From Frateuria defendens (GTDB lineage Bacteria; Pseudomonadota; Gammaproteobacteria; Xanthomonadales; Rhodanobacteraceae): 24,000 nt of DNA. The notes under the pieces were generated by a model. The model was not told where the DNA came from and did no database searches. It worked only from the letters and a program-made list of their open reading frames with translations. The position numbers were made by a program, and so were the translations under genes. Shown here one piece after another: positions 1 through 9,162 of the stretch (position 1 is its first letter; each line of letters starts with the position of its first letter). The stretch spans positions 1 through 24,000 of the forward strand of contig NZ_LFQR01000002.1 of the NCBI RefSeq assembly GCF_001182895.1, read 5' to 3'.

Positions 1-414
1 AACACCGGCCAAAGGCCGGCCAGCCTGCGATTGGGCCAACAACACAGCCTTCCCTCGCGGATACCAGCAGGGAGATCGTGAACCGGCTCTTATTTCCCGA
101 GCCGTGTGCCGGTCGCCTCCGCGTGCGCGGGGCGGCACCCTTCGCCAGCCAAAAATCGAAACCATTCGATTAAGCAATGGAGCCGAAATTAGTTGCGTTA
201 TTCGCAATAAATTACCGCCAAGGCGATTAAGACGACCAGTTGTCAGTTTCGCTACAAAAATTATCTGGCGGCGATTTTCCCTGTGCTAGCGTGCCTTCCG
301 GCAGGCGCCACCGTGCGCCTGTCCCGGGGCGGCCTTGCCGTATCCAAACGTCCCGCACCTGCAAGTCGCCGGTTTTTCTCCATATCACTGGATTTCAGCA
401 TGAGGAGTGGTTTT

Positions 415-2019
415 ATGCAGATGAAGAAAACGTCGCTCAGCCTGGCTTTGGGCGCCGTCCTGTCGCTGGCGTCTTCGGTAACGCTGGCCGCGGCCGCCCC
501 GGCCGCGACGTGGAAGACCACCGCCACGCATGCGCACGAACTGGCCGCCACCGCCGCCGCGGGCGACCTCGCCGCGTCCGACACGCCGGTGCACGTGGAA
601 GTGGTGCTCAAGGTGCAGAACAAGGCGACGCTGGACGATTTCATCACCTCCTCGCACAACCCCAGGAGCCTGCTGTTCGGCGCCAAGCTGCAGCCGAAGG
701 ACGTCGTGGCCGAGTTCTCGCCGAGCGAGGCCCAGGTGCAGGCGGTCGTGGACCATCTCAGCCAGGCCGGCTTCACCCACATCACCGTGTCGCCCAACCG
801 CCTGCTGGTCTCCGCCGACGGCGACGCCGCCAGCGCACACGCCGCCTTCCAGACGCGCCTGGTGAAGGCGCTCGACGCGGAAGGCCGCAGCGCCTATGCC
901 AACATCGACGACGCCAAGGTCCCGGCCGCGCTGGCCGACACCGTGCTCTCGGTGGTGGGCCTGCAGACCGTCTCGCACGCGCACACGATGAACAAGCCGG
1001 CCTCCGGCACGCAGGCCACCACCGGCATCGTCGGCCACAACCCGACCGCCTTCCCCGCCATCTACGACGTGGGCAGCACGCCGACGGCGTCGACGGTCAC
1101 CGTGGGCATCATCACCGACGGCGACATGACGCAGCCGCTCAAGGACCTCAACACCTTCACCTCCCAGAACGGCCTGCCCGCGGTCAACACCGCCGTGGTG
1201 GTGGTCGGCGGCGCCAGCACCGACACCAGCGGCACCGCCGAATGGGACCTCGACAGCCAGGACATCGTGGCCATGTCCGGCGGCGTCAACAAGCTCATCT
1301 TCTACGCCGCCAACTCGCTCTCCAACAGCGCCCTCACCGCGGACTTCAACAAGGCGGTGAGCGACAACCAGGCCAGCGTCATCAACGTCTCGCTGGGCGA
1401 GTGCGAGACCTACGCCTACAACGACGGTTCGATGGCCGCCGACGACCAGATCCTCGCGCTGGGCGTCGCCCAGGGGCAGACCTTCTCCATCTCGACCGGC
1501 GACGCCGGCGCCAACGAATGCGGCAAGAGCCCGCGCGGCACCACGCCGAGCTACCCGGCCAGCTCGCCCTACGTGGTCGCCGTCAGCGGCACCACGCTGA
1601 CCACCGGCGTCAACAACAGCTGGGTGGGCGAGACGCTGTGGAGCAAGGCGGGCGGCAGCCCGAGCACCGTCGAGCCCAAGCCGAGCTGGCAGACCCAGGG
1701 CGGCGGCAGCACCCGCGACGTGGCGGACGTGGCCTTCGACGCCGACCCGAACTCCGGCTCCATCATCGTGCTCAACGGCGGCAGCGCGCAGTACGGCGGC
1801 ACCAGCCTGGCGGCGCCACTGTTCGCCGGCGTCTGGGCCCGCGAGCTGGCCGCCCACCCGGGCCTCGGCTTCGCCGGCCCGCACCTGTACGGCGCGCCCT
1901 CGGCCGTCTATCACGACATCACCTCCGGCAGCAACGGCGGCGAGACGGCCGCGCCGGGCTGGGACTACGCGAGCGGCTTCGGCAGCACCATCGTGAGCGC
2001 ACTGAACGCGAGCCTGTAA
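415..2019 (+). CDS. Secreted sedolisin-family (MEROPS S53) serine-carboxyl peptidase precursor with pro-kumamolisin-type activation domain
   Basis: ORF 283..2019. Preferred start is ATG 415, preceded by AGGAG at 403-407; MQMKKTSLSLALGAVLSLASSVTLAAAAP reads as a Sec signal peptide. S53 hallmarks in the translation: SGTAEWDLDSQD (Glu/Asp of the Ser-Glu-Asp triad), FSISTGDAGA (oxyanion Asp), GGTSLAAPLFAG (nucleophile Ser), and a C-terminal Ca-site-like DITSGSNGG...GWDYASGFG. The N-terminal part (VHVEVVLKVQN...AAFQTRL) resembles the S53 propeptide. Confidence 0.85.
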   Translation: MQMKKTSLSLALGAVLSLASSVTLAAAAPAATWKTTATHAHELAATAAAGDLAASDTPVHVEVVLKVQNKATLDDFITSSHNPRSLLFGAKLQPKDVVAEFSPSEAQVQAVVDHLSQAGFTHITVSPNRLLVSADGDAASAHAAFQTRLVKALDAEGRSAYANIDDAKVPAALADTVLSVVGLQTVSHAHTMNKPASGTQATTGIVGHNPTAFPAIYDVGSTPTASTVTVGIITDGDMTQPLKDLNTFTSQNGLPAVNTAVVVVGGASTDTSGTAEWDLDSQDIVAMSGGVNKLIFYAANSLSNSALTADFNKAVSDNQASVINVSLGECETYAYNDGSMAADDQILALGVAQGQTFSISTGDAGANECGKSPRGTTPSYPASSPYVVAVSGTTLTTGVNNSWVGETLWSKAGGSPSTVEPKPSWQTQGGGSTRDVADVAFDADPNSGSIIVLNGGSAQYGGTSLAAPLFAGVWARELAAHPGLGFAGPHLYGAPSAVYHDITSGSNGGETAAPGWDYASGFGSTIVSALNASL

Positions 2020-2042
2020 GGCGCATGCATCGCTGAACCCGC

Positions 2043-2078
2043 GGGGCATCCGTCGCGAGGCGGATGCCCCGTTTTTTT
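2043..2078 (+). terminator. Rho-independent terminator of the peptidase gene
   Basis: Perfect 10-bp stem GGGGCATCCG (2043-2052) / CGGATGCCCC (2061-2070), 8-nt loop, then G plus T7 (2072-2078). It starts 24 nt after the stop codon. Confidence 0.85.
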
Positions 2079-2262
2079 GGAGCATCCCGCAACGGCGCCA
2101 CGCGCCCGGCGAAAGCGGGGGGCGTACCGCCCGTGCGGACATAGTGCTACCTTTCCGCCGAACAACGGGGGTTGAGTCCCGTCGTCCCCAGGAAGTCTCT
2201 CGAGCCACGTCCGCCGCCCCTCCACCGGGCGGCCTGTCCAGCCAATTTCCGGGAGCAAAACG

Positions 2263-5200
2263 ATGGCGCTCACCCGCCGCGAGTTCATCAAGGTCACGGG
2301 CCTCGGCCTGGCCGCATCGAGCCTTGGCATGCTCGGCTTCGGTGCCGCCGGGGTGGCGCAAGCCGCCGCCGTACGGCCATTCAAGCTCACCCACGCGACC
2401 GAGACGCGCAACACCTGCACGTACTGCTCGGTCGCCTGCGGCATCCTGATCTACAGCATGGGGGACCGCGCCAAGAACGCGCGCTCCAACATCATCCACA
2501 TCGAGGGCGACCCGGACCATCCGGTGAACCGCGGCACCCTGTGTCCGAAGGGCACGGCCCTGCTCGACGTGGTGCACGCCCCCACCCGCCTGAAGGCCCC
2601 ACGCTACCGGCCGCCCGGCGGCACCGAGTTCAAGGAAGTCTCCTGGGACTTCGCCCTGGACCGCATCGCCAAGCTGATGAAGGAGGACCGCGACAAGCAC
2701 TTCATCGCCAGGAACGCGGCCGGCACCACGGTCAACCGCTGGACCAGCACCGGCATGCTGGCGGCCTCGGCGTCGTCCAACGAAACCGCCTACCTCACCT
2801 GGAAGGTGGCCCGCTCCCTCGGCATGGTGGTGTTCGACAACCAGGCGCGCGTCTGACACGGACCGACGGTGGCCAGTCTGGCCCCATCATTCGGTCGCGG
2901 TGCGATGACCAACACCTGGCAGGACATCAAGAACGCCAATCTCGTCATCGTCATGGGCGGCAATGCCGCCGAAGCCCACCCCTGCGGCTTCAAGTGGGTG
3001 ATCGAGGCAAAGATCGAGAACGGCGCCAAGCTGGTCGTGGTCGATCCACGCTTCACCCGCACGGCCTCGGTGGCCGACTACTATGCCCCGATTCGCCCGG
3101 GCACGGACATCGCGTTCCTGAGCGGCGTGATCCGCTACCTGCTGGAGCAGGACGCGATCCAGCACCAGTACGTGCGCGCCTACACCAACGCCAGCCTGGT
3201 GGTGAAGGAAGGCTTCGCCTTCGAGAATGGCCTGTTCAGCGGCTACAACGAGGAAACCCACAGCTACGATAGGTCGAGCTGGGACTACGAGCTGGACGAG
3301 CAGGGCTTCGCCAAGTCCGACGACAGCTGGCAGCACCCGCGCTGCGTGATCAACCTGCTCCGCCAGCACGTTTCCCGCTACACGCCGGAGACGGTCTCGC
3401 GCATCTGCGGCACGCCGCAGGACAAGTTCCTGCACATCTGCGGGCTCATCGCCGCCACCGCCGCGCCGGACAAGGCCATGACCAGCCTGTTCGCGCTGGG
3501 CTGGACGCAACACTCGGTCGGCTCGCAGAACATCCGCACGATGGCAATGATCCAGCTGCTGCTGGGCAACATCGGCGTGGCCGGCGGCGGCATGAACGCG
3601 CTGCGCGGGCATTCCAACATCCAGGGACTGACCGACGTCGGCCTGCTCTCCAATCTGATGCCGGGCTATCTCAACCTGCCCCTGGACAAGGAGACCAGTC
3701 TCGACGAGTACATGAAGACAAAGCAGTACAAGCCGCTTCGTCCAGGACAAACCAGCTACTGGCAGAACTACCGCAAGTTCGTGGTCAGCCTGCAGAAGGC
3801 GATCTACGGCGACGCCGCCACCCAGGACAACAACTGGGCCTACGACTGGCTGCCCAAGCTCGACGTGCCGATGTACGACATCATCCGGGCCTTCGAGATG
3901 ATGAACAACGGCCAGTTGACCGGCTACATCTGCCAGGGCTTCAACCCGCTGCAGGCCTTCCCCGACCGCGGCAAGATCCGTCGCGGCCTGTCCAAGCTCA
4001 AGTTCCTGGTCACCATGGACCCGCTGGACACCGAGACCTCGCGCTTCTGGCAGGACTTCGGGCCGCAGAACCCGGCCAGGTCGGCCGAGATCCAGACCGA
4101 GGTGTTCCAGCTGCCGACCACCTGCTTCGCCGAGGAGAACGGCTCGCTGGTCAACTCGGCGCGCTGGCTGCAATGGCACTGGAAGGCGGCCGAGGCGCCC
4201 GGCGAGGCCATGTCCGACATCTGGATCATGAGCGGCATCTTCCACCGCCTGCGCGAGCTGTACCGCAAGGAAGGCGGTGCCTTCCCCGACCCGATCCTCA
4301 ACCTGACCTGGAAGTACACCGACCCGGTCGAACCGGACCCGGAGGAGCTGGCACGGGAAATGAACGGCCGCGCGCTGGCCGACCTCACCGACCCGGCCAC
4401 CGGCGCGGTCCTCACCAAGGCCGGCACCCTGCTGGACGGCTTCGCCCAGTTGCGCGACGACGGCACCACCGCCTCGGGCTGCTGGATCTTCTCAGGTTCC
4501 TTCACCGAGAAGGGCAACCAGATGGCCCGCCGCGATGCCACCGACCCGCGCGAGCAGGGCATCGCGCCGAACTGGGCGTGGGCCTGGCCGGCCAACCGGC
4601 GCATCCTGTACAACCGCGCCAGCGCGGACCAGGACGGCAAGGCCTGGAACCCGGCCAAGCCGATCATCGAGTGGAACGGCAGCCGCTGGGAGGGCATCGA
4701 CGTGCCCGACTACGGCCCCACCGTGAAGCCCTCCGACGGCGTCGGCCCGTTCATCATGAACGCCGAAGGCATGGGCCGCCTGTTCGCCCGCGACCTGATG
4801 GCCGACGGCCCCTTCCCCGAGCACTACGAGCCGCTGGAGTCGCCGGTGGAGAACGTGCTGCATCCGAAGGTGCGCTCCAACCCGGTGGCGCGCGTGTTCG
4901 CCAGCGACCGGGCCGCGTTCGGCACCCCGCAGCACTACCCGTACGTGGCGACCACCTACCGCCTCACCGAGCACTTCCACTTCTGGACCAAGCACGCGCT
5001 GATCAACGCCATCCTCCAGCCGGAGGAATTCGTCGAGATCGGCGAGGTGCTGGCCAAGGAGAAAGGCATCGAGCAGGGCGGCTGGGTGAAGGTGTCCTCC
5101 AAGCGCGGCGAGGTGGTGTGCAAGGCCTACGTGACCAAGCGCATCAAGCCGCTCCTGGTCGACGGCAAGCCGACCCACGTGATCGGCGTGCCGTTGCACT

Positions 5201-5337
5201 GGGGCTTCACCGGCCAGGCCAGGAAGGGCTACGGCGCCAACACGCTGACGCCCTCCGTCGGCGACGCCAACACCCAGACGCCGGAGTTCAAGGCGTTCCT
5301 CGTCAACGTCGAAAAGACCGGCGCGCCGGCAGCCTGA
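2263..5337 (+). CDS. fdnG: Formate dehydrogenase (FDH-N/O type) catalytic alpha subunit, molybdopterin selenoprotein, Tat-exported; TGA 2854-2856 decoded as selenocysteine
   Basis: ORFs 2263..2856 and 2869..5337 are in the same frame and separated only by a TGA. The junction reads [26 protein letters not shown], the conserved Sec-His active-site motif of FdnG/FdoG. N-terminal twin-arginine signal LTRREFIK; 4Fe-4S motif CTYCSVACG...C. GGGAG lies 8 nt upstream of ATG 2263. Total 1024 codons. Confidence 0.95.
2857..2898 (+). promoter_or_regulatory. Bacterial SECIS element directing Sec insertion at the fdnG UGA
   Basis: Immediately 3' of the UGA is an apical hairpin GGUGGCCAGUCUGGCCCC (2868-2885). 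It has stem GG(U-bulge)GGCC / GGCCCC and a G/U-containing loop, and is extended by GACCGA (2861-2866) / UCGGUC (2891-2896). The architecture and reading-frame position match the E. coli fdnG/fdhF SECIS as I recall them. Confidence 0.7.
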
Positions 5338-5347
5338 GGCCACAGTC

Positions 5348-6274
5348 ATGTCAGACCTGCAATCGCAAGACTATGTTCGGCGCTCCGCCTCGACCCTGAC
5401 GCCGCCTTCGGTCCGCAGCCACGAGGACGAGGTGGCCAAGCTGATCGACGTCAGCCGCTGCATCGGCTGCAAGGCCTGCCAGTCGGCGTGCATGGAATGG
5501 AACGACCTGCGGCCGGAAGTGGGCCACTTCGAAGGCTCCTACGAGAACCCGGCGGACCTCGGCCCGAGCGTGTGGACCCTGATGAAGTTCGCCGAGCACG
5601 AGAACGAACAGGGCAACCTCGAGTGGCTGATCCGCAAGGACGGCTGCATGCACTGCGAGGACCCGGGCTGCCTGAAGGCCTGCCCGGCGCCCGGCGCGAT
5701 CGTGCAGTACGCCAACGGCATCGTCGACTTCATCAGCGACAAGTGCATCGGCTGCGGCTACTGCGTGAAGGGCTGCCCGTTCAATATCCCGCGGATCAGC
5801 AAGCAGGACCATAAGTCGTACAAGTGCACGCTCTGCTCCGACCGCGTGTCGGTCGGGCTGGAGCCGGCCTGCGTCAAGGCCTGCCCCACCGGCGCCATCA
5901 TGTTCGGCTCCAAGACCGACATGAAGCACCAGGCCGCCGAGCGCATCGAGGACCTGAAATCCCGCGGCTTCGACCAGGCCGGCCTGTACGACCCGCCGGA
6001 GGTGGGCGGCACCCACGTGATGTACGTGCTGCACCACGCGGACAAGCCCTCGCTGTACTCGGGCCTGCCCGACAAGCCGCGGATCAGCCCCGTGGTGGGC
6101 GCGTGGAAGGGCTTCATCAAGCCGCTGGCCGTGGCCGGCATCGCGCTCGCCGCCGTCGGCGCCTTCTTCCACTGGATCACCGCCGGCCCGAACGAGGTGA
6201 CCGAGGAAGACGAGGCCGAGGGCGAGCGCGTGCTGCGCGAAGCCGACGCGCACGAACCGGAGAAGTCGCCATGA
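5348..6274 (+). CDS. fdnH: Formate dehydrogenase iron-sulfur beta subunit (FdnH/FdoH/FdxH type, four 4Fe-4S clusters, C-terminal membrane anchor)
   Basis: 308 aa with four ferredoxin-type Cys clusters: [42 protein letters not shown]...CVKAC. C-terminal hydrophobic helix [26 protein letters not shown] lies 9 nt upstream of ATG 5348, which is 11 nt after the fdnG stop. Confidence 0.93.
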   Translation: MSDLQSQDYVRRSASTLTPPSVRSHEDEVAKLIDVSRCIGCKACQSACMEWNDLRPEVGHFEGSYENPADLGPSVWTLMKFAEHENEQGNLEWLIRKDGCMHCEDPGCLKACPAPGAIVQYANGIVDFISDKCIGCGYCVKGCPFNIPRISKQDHKSYKCTLCSDRVSVGLEPACVKACPTGAIMFGSKTDMKHQAAERIEDLKSRGFDQAGLYDPPEVGGTHVMYVLHHADKPSLYSGLPDKPRISPVVGAWKGFIKPLAVAGIALAAVGAFFHWITAGPNEVTEEDEAEGERVLREADAHEPEKSP

Positions 6275-6930
6275 CCCGCCCGAACAACGCGATCACCCGC
6301 TATACCGCGGCGAACCGGGTCAACCACTGGATCACCGCCCTCTGCTTCGTGCTGCTCACCCTCTCGGGCCTGGCGATGTTCCACCCGATGCTGTTCTTCC
6401 TCTCCGGCCTGTTCGGCGGCGGCCAGTGGATGCGCGCGGCGCATCCGTGGATCGGCATCGTGCTGATGGCGAGCTACCTCGGCCTCATCATCCAGTTCTG
6501 GCGCGAGAACCTCGTGAACAGGGACGACGTGGCCTGGATGAAGTCGATCCGGTACGTGGCGGTCAACGACGAGGAACACGTGCCGCCGGTCGGCCGCAAC
6601 AACGCCGGCCAGAAGATGGTGTTCTGGTCGATGACGCTGCTGGTTCCGGCGCTGTTCTTCAGCGGCCTCTTGATCTGGGAGGTGTACTTCGGCGCGGCCA
6701 CCTCGATCCCGGTGCAGCGCGTGGCCGTGCTGGTGCACAGCCTGGCCGCGATCGCGGCGATCCTCGTCTGGGTCGTGCACGTCTACGCGGCGATCTGGAT
6801 CCGCCATTCGGTGCGGGCCATGACCCAGGGCTACGTGACCCCGGGCTGGGCCTGGCGCCATCACCGCAAGTGGCTGTGGGAACTGGCTTCCGAGCAGCAC
6901 GACAAGGCGCCCCCCAGGAAGCACCCGTGA
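6271..6930 (+). CDS. fdnI: Formate dehydrogenase cytochrome b556 gamma subunit
   Basis: ATG 6271 overlaps the fdnH stop (ATGA). The 219-aa product [26 protein letters not shown]... has four hydrophobic helices with conserved His residues (NHW, HPW, VHSL, VHVY). The upstream part of ORF 5824..6930 is out-of-frame read-through of fdnH. Confidence 0.9.
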   Translation: MTRPNNAITRYTAANRVNHWITALCFVLLTLSGLAMFHPMLFFLSGLFGGGQWMRAAHPWIGIVLMASYLGLIIQFWRENLVNRDDVAWMKSIRYVAVNDEEHVPPVGRNNAGQKMVFWSMTLLVPALFFSGLLIWEVYFGAATSIPVQRVAVLVHSLAAIAAILVWVVHVYAAIWIRHSVRAMTQGYVTPGWAWRHHRKWLWELASEQHDKAPPRKHP

Positions 6931-7877
6931 AGCAGGCTGCAGCACCGCCCAACGCCAAGTGGACCGGCCCGGCGCAGGCCGGCGTCAAGTCGCCCGACCC
7001 GATCCTGCTCGCCGATCCCGCCAGGCGCTTCGCCGCCACCGCGCAACGGCTTGAAAACCTCGCCGCCGGGCATCCCATGGAGGCCTGGCTGCGCTTCATG
7101 GCCAGCCTCGCGCAGGCCCAGCACGCCGTGGCGACCACGCTCGCCCCCGCCGCCGCGCCCGACCCGACCGCGGTGGCCCAGGCCGTCGAGGCGCGCCTGC
7201 CACCGCTGGCGGCGGACGGCCATCGCCGCGAAGCGTCCTGGCGCGAAGGGCTCGCCCTGCTGCTCGATCGCATCGACGGCAGCGCTCTGCCGCCGGCCGC
7301 GCTGGCCGTCATGGCGCAACTGCGGCGCAGCGATGCCGCCGCGCAGGAGAAGCTGGCCGACCAGTTCCTGCGCGGCGGACTCGCCGCCGCCGATGCCGGC
7401 GCCGCCGTCTACGTGGCCGCCGCCCTGCAGGTCTATTTCACCGCCTCGGCGGCGCGCCTCAAGGCCGAAGACCTGCGGCTGCTCGAAGAGCGCGGGCTCT
7501 GCCCCTGCTGCGGCTCGCCCCCGGTATCCGGCCTGATCACCGCCAGCGGCCAGGCGCCCGGCACGCGCTACCTGTATTGCTCGCTGTGCTCCACCGCGTG
7601 GAACCACGTGCGCGCCGTGTGCATCACCTGCGGTGGCACGCGCCGGCTCTCCCTGCAGGGCATCGAGGGCGACGCTGGCCTGGTCAGGGCCGAAACCTGC
7701 GGCGAATGCCACACCTACGCCAAAGTGCTGTACCAGGTGCGCGACATGCAGGCCGACCCTTACGCGGACGACCTCGCCTCGCTGGGCCTGGACATGCTGG
7801 TCGCCGAGGAAGGCTTCGCCCGGCACGCACCGAACCCGCTGCTGCTGGTTGGTGAGACCGAAGCCGCGACCGGGTAG
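6927..7877 (+). CDS. fdhE: Formate dehydrogenase accessory/maturation protein FdhE
   Basis: GTG 6927 overlaps the fdnI stop (GTGA) and has AGGAAG at 6915-6920. Four CxxC pairs are present (CPCCG, CSLCS, CITCG, CGECH), plus the conserved tail DDLASLGLDMLVAEEGFAR..NPLLL. 316 aa, similar in length to E. coli FdhE. Confidence 0.88.
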   Translation: MKQAAAPPNAKWTGPAQAGVKSPDPILLADPARRFAATAQRLENLAAGHPMEAWLRFMASLAQAQHAVATTLAPAAAPDPTAVAQAVEARLPPLAADGHRREASWREGLALLLDRIDGSALPPAALAVMAQLRRSDAAAQEKLADQFLRGGLAAADAGAAVYVAAALQVYFTASAARLKAEDLRLLEERGLCPCCGSPPVSGLITASGQAPGTRYLYCSLCSTAWNHVRAVCITCGGTRRLSLQGIEGDAGLVRAETCGECHTYAKVLYQVRDMQADPYADDLASLGLDMLVAEEGFARHAPNPLLLVGETEAATG

Positions 7878-7889
7878 CTACACAGCCTG

Positions 7890-8095
7890 CGAGAGTGATC
7901 CCTCTCCCTCCGGGACTTGGGGTTAGCGTTGAATGTCAGCCGGCCTTTGCGAGCGCCTTACCTCGGCCTCACTCTCCCAAGCCGAATCCTTCTCCCCTTG
8001 GGAGAAGGTGCCGGCAGGCGGATGAGGGTGCGGGCGGAGCGAGGCCCCGACGGACGCCGACCTTCCCACCCTCGCCCTTGCCCTCACCGCCCGGT
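7890..8095. repeat. REP-like imperfect palindromic element(s) in the convergent fdhE/permease spacer
   Basis: Core perfect hairpin CCTTCTCC (7988-7995) / GGAGAAGG (8001-8008), flanked by imperfectly complementary CCTCACTCTCCC and GATGAGGGTG arms. A second pair is GAGGGTG (8024-8030) / CACCCTC (8067-8073). This resembles the ctctccc...gggagag...gtgaggg class of intergenic repeats common in proteobacteria. Confidence 0.45.
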
Positions 8096-8106
8096 GCTCT
8101 CGCGCA

Positions 8107-9162
8107 TCAGCGCAATTGCAGCCACACCGCCAGCACTCCGCCGAGAACGCCAAACCCGACCACCGCCACCGCGACCGCCACCAGCACCCGCACGGGAAAG
8201 GCGCGCGCGAGCATCGCCAGCGACGGCAGGCTCACCGGCGGCAAGGTCAGCAGCAAGGCGGCGGCCGGCCCGCTCCCCAGGCCCAGCGCCAGCATCGCCT
8301 GCACGATCGGCACCTCGCCGGCCGTTGGGATCACGAACAGCATCCCGGCCAGCGCCAGGGCGGCGATCCAGAACCACTGGTCGCCGATCGCCGGCCCGAT
8401 GTGCGGGAACATCCACGCGCGCAGCGCGCCCAGCAGCAGGACGATCACCACGTATTCGGGAATCAGCCGCGCCGCCATCCGCCCGAAGATCGCCATCCAG
8501 CGCCGCCCCGTCTCGGCCAGCGAGCGCGGCTCGGGCTCCGCGGGCAGCCACGGCCCGGCCGCCGCCTCCCGCCCCGGCGCGGCCATCCGGTTCGCCAGCC
8601 AGCCCAGCCCGAACACCATCGGCACGCCCAGCAGCACGCGCAGCAAGGTCCAGTGCCAGCCGAGCACGAAGCCGGTGAACACCAGGGTGGCGGGATTGAG
8701 CACGGTATTGCCGAGCCAGAACGCGATCGCGCCGCCGGGCGACGCCCTGTGCCTGCGCAAGCCCACGACCACCGGCGCCGCGCAGCAGGTGCACATCATC
8801 CCCGGCACCGCCAGCAGGCCGCCGGCCAGCACGCCGCCGAAGCCATGGCCGCCGAGCAGGCGCCCGATCCAGTGCGCCGGCAGCAAGGCCTGGATGCCCG
8901 AGCCCAGCAACAGGCCCAGCACCATCGCCTTCCAGATCGCCTTGCCATAGGCCAGCGCATAGTCGAGCGCCGCGTTCCAGGACGGCGCCGGCGCGCTCGC
9001 CGCCTCGCCCATCAGGATCGAATGGCCGATGGCATGCTCGGACGCGGCCACGAACGCGCGGCCGTAGTACGGCTGCCACTTCACGTAGAACAAGCCGGCG
9101 ACCGCCAGCAGCAGGAACACGGACAAGCGCATGGTGCGCGCTGTTTGCAGAGCGGCAGGCAT
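8107..9162 (-). CDS. Polytopic inner-membrane permease of the COG0701 / PF03773 (ArsP-like, UPF0718) family with a vicinal-cysteine motif
   Basis: 351 aa and strongly hydrophobic throughout. Motif AVPGMMCTCCAAPVVVG (Cys124, Cys126, Cys127) resembles the membrane-embedded Cys motif of this family. GGGGAG lies 5 nt upstream of ATG 9162; an alternative start is ATG 9132. Confidence 0.75.
   Translation of the reverse strand: MPAALQTARTMRLSVFLLLAVAGLFYVKWQPYYGRAFVAASEHAIGHSILMGEAASAPAPSWNAALDYALAYGKAIWKAMVLGLLLGSGIQALLPAHWIGRLLGGHGFGGVLAGGLLAVPGMMCTCCAAPVVVGLRRHRASPGGAIAFWLGNTVLNPATLVFTGFVLGWHWTLLRVLLGVPMVFGLGWLANRMAAPGREAAAGPWLPAEPEPRSLAETGRRWMAIFGRMAARLIPEYVVIVLLLGALRAWMFPHIGPAIGDQWFWIAALALAGMLFVIPTAGEVPIVQAMLALGLGSGPAAALLLTLPPVSLPSLAMLARAFPVRVLVAVAVAVVGFGVLGGVLAVWLQLR

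Noticed and set aside
2079-2262. FNR/NarL-type anaerobic control sites upstream of fdnG
   Set aside because: No TTGAT-N4-ATCAA or heptamer pairs are recognisable by eye. Only a weak 5-bp hairpin (ACGGG...CCCGT) is present, which is insufficient for a call.
385-2859. 824-aa minus-strand ORF (and 240..2036 +, 261..797 -) overlapping the peptidase gene and the fdnG 5' end
   Set aside because: The translations are Arg/Gly/Ala/Pro-rich and low-complexity with no motifs. Such long open frames are expected on the antisense and shifted frames of ~70% GC coding DNA. The region is fully explained by two strongly supported + strand genes.
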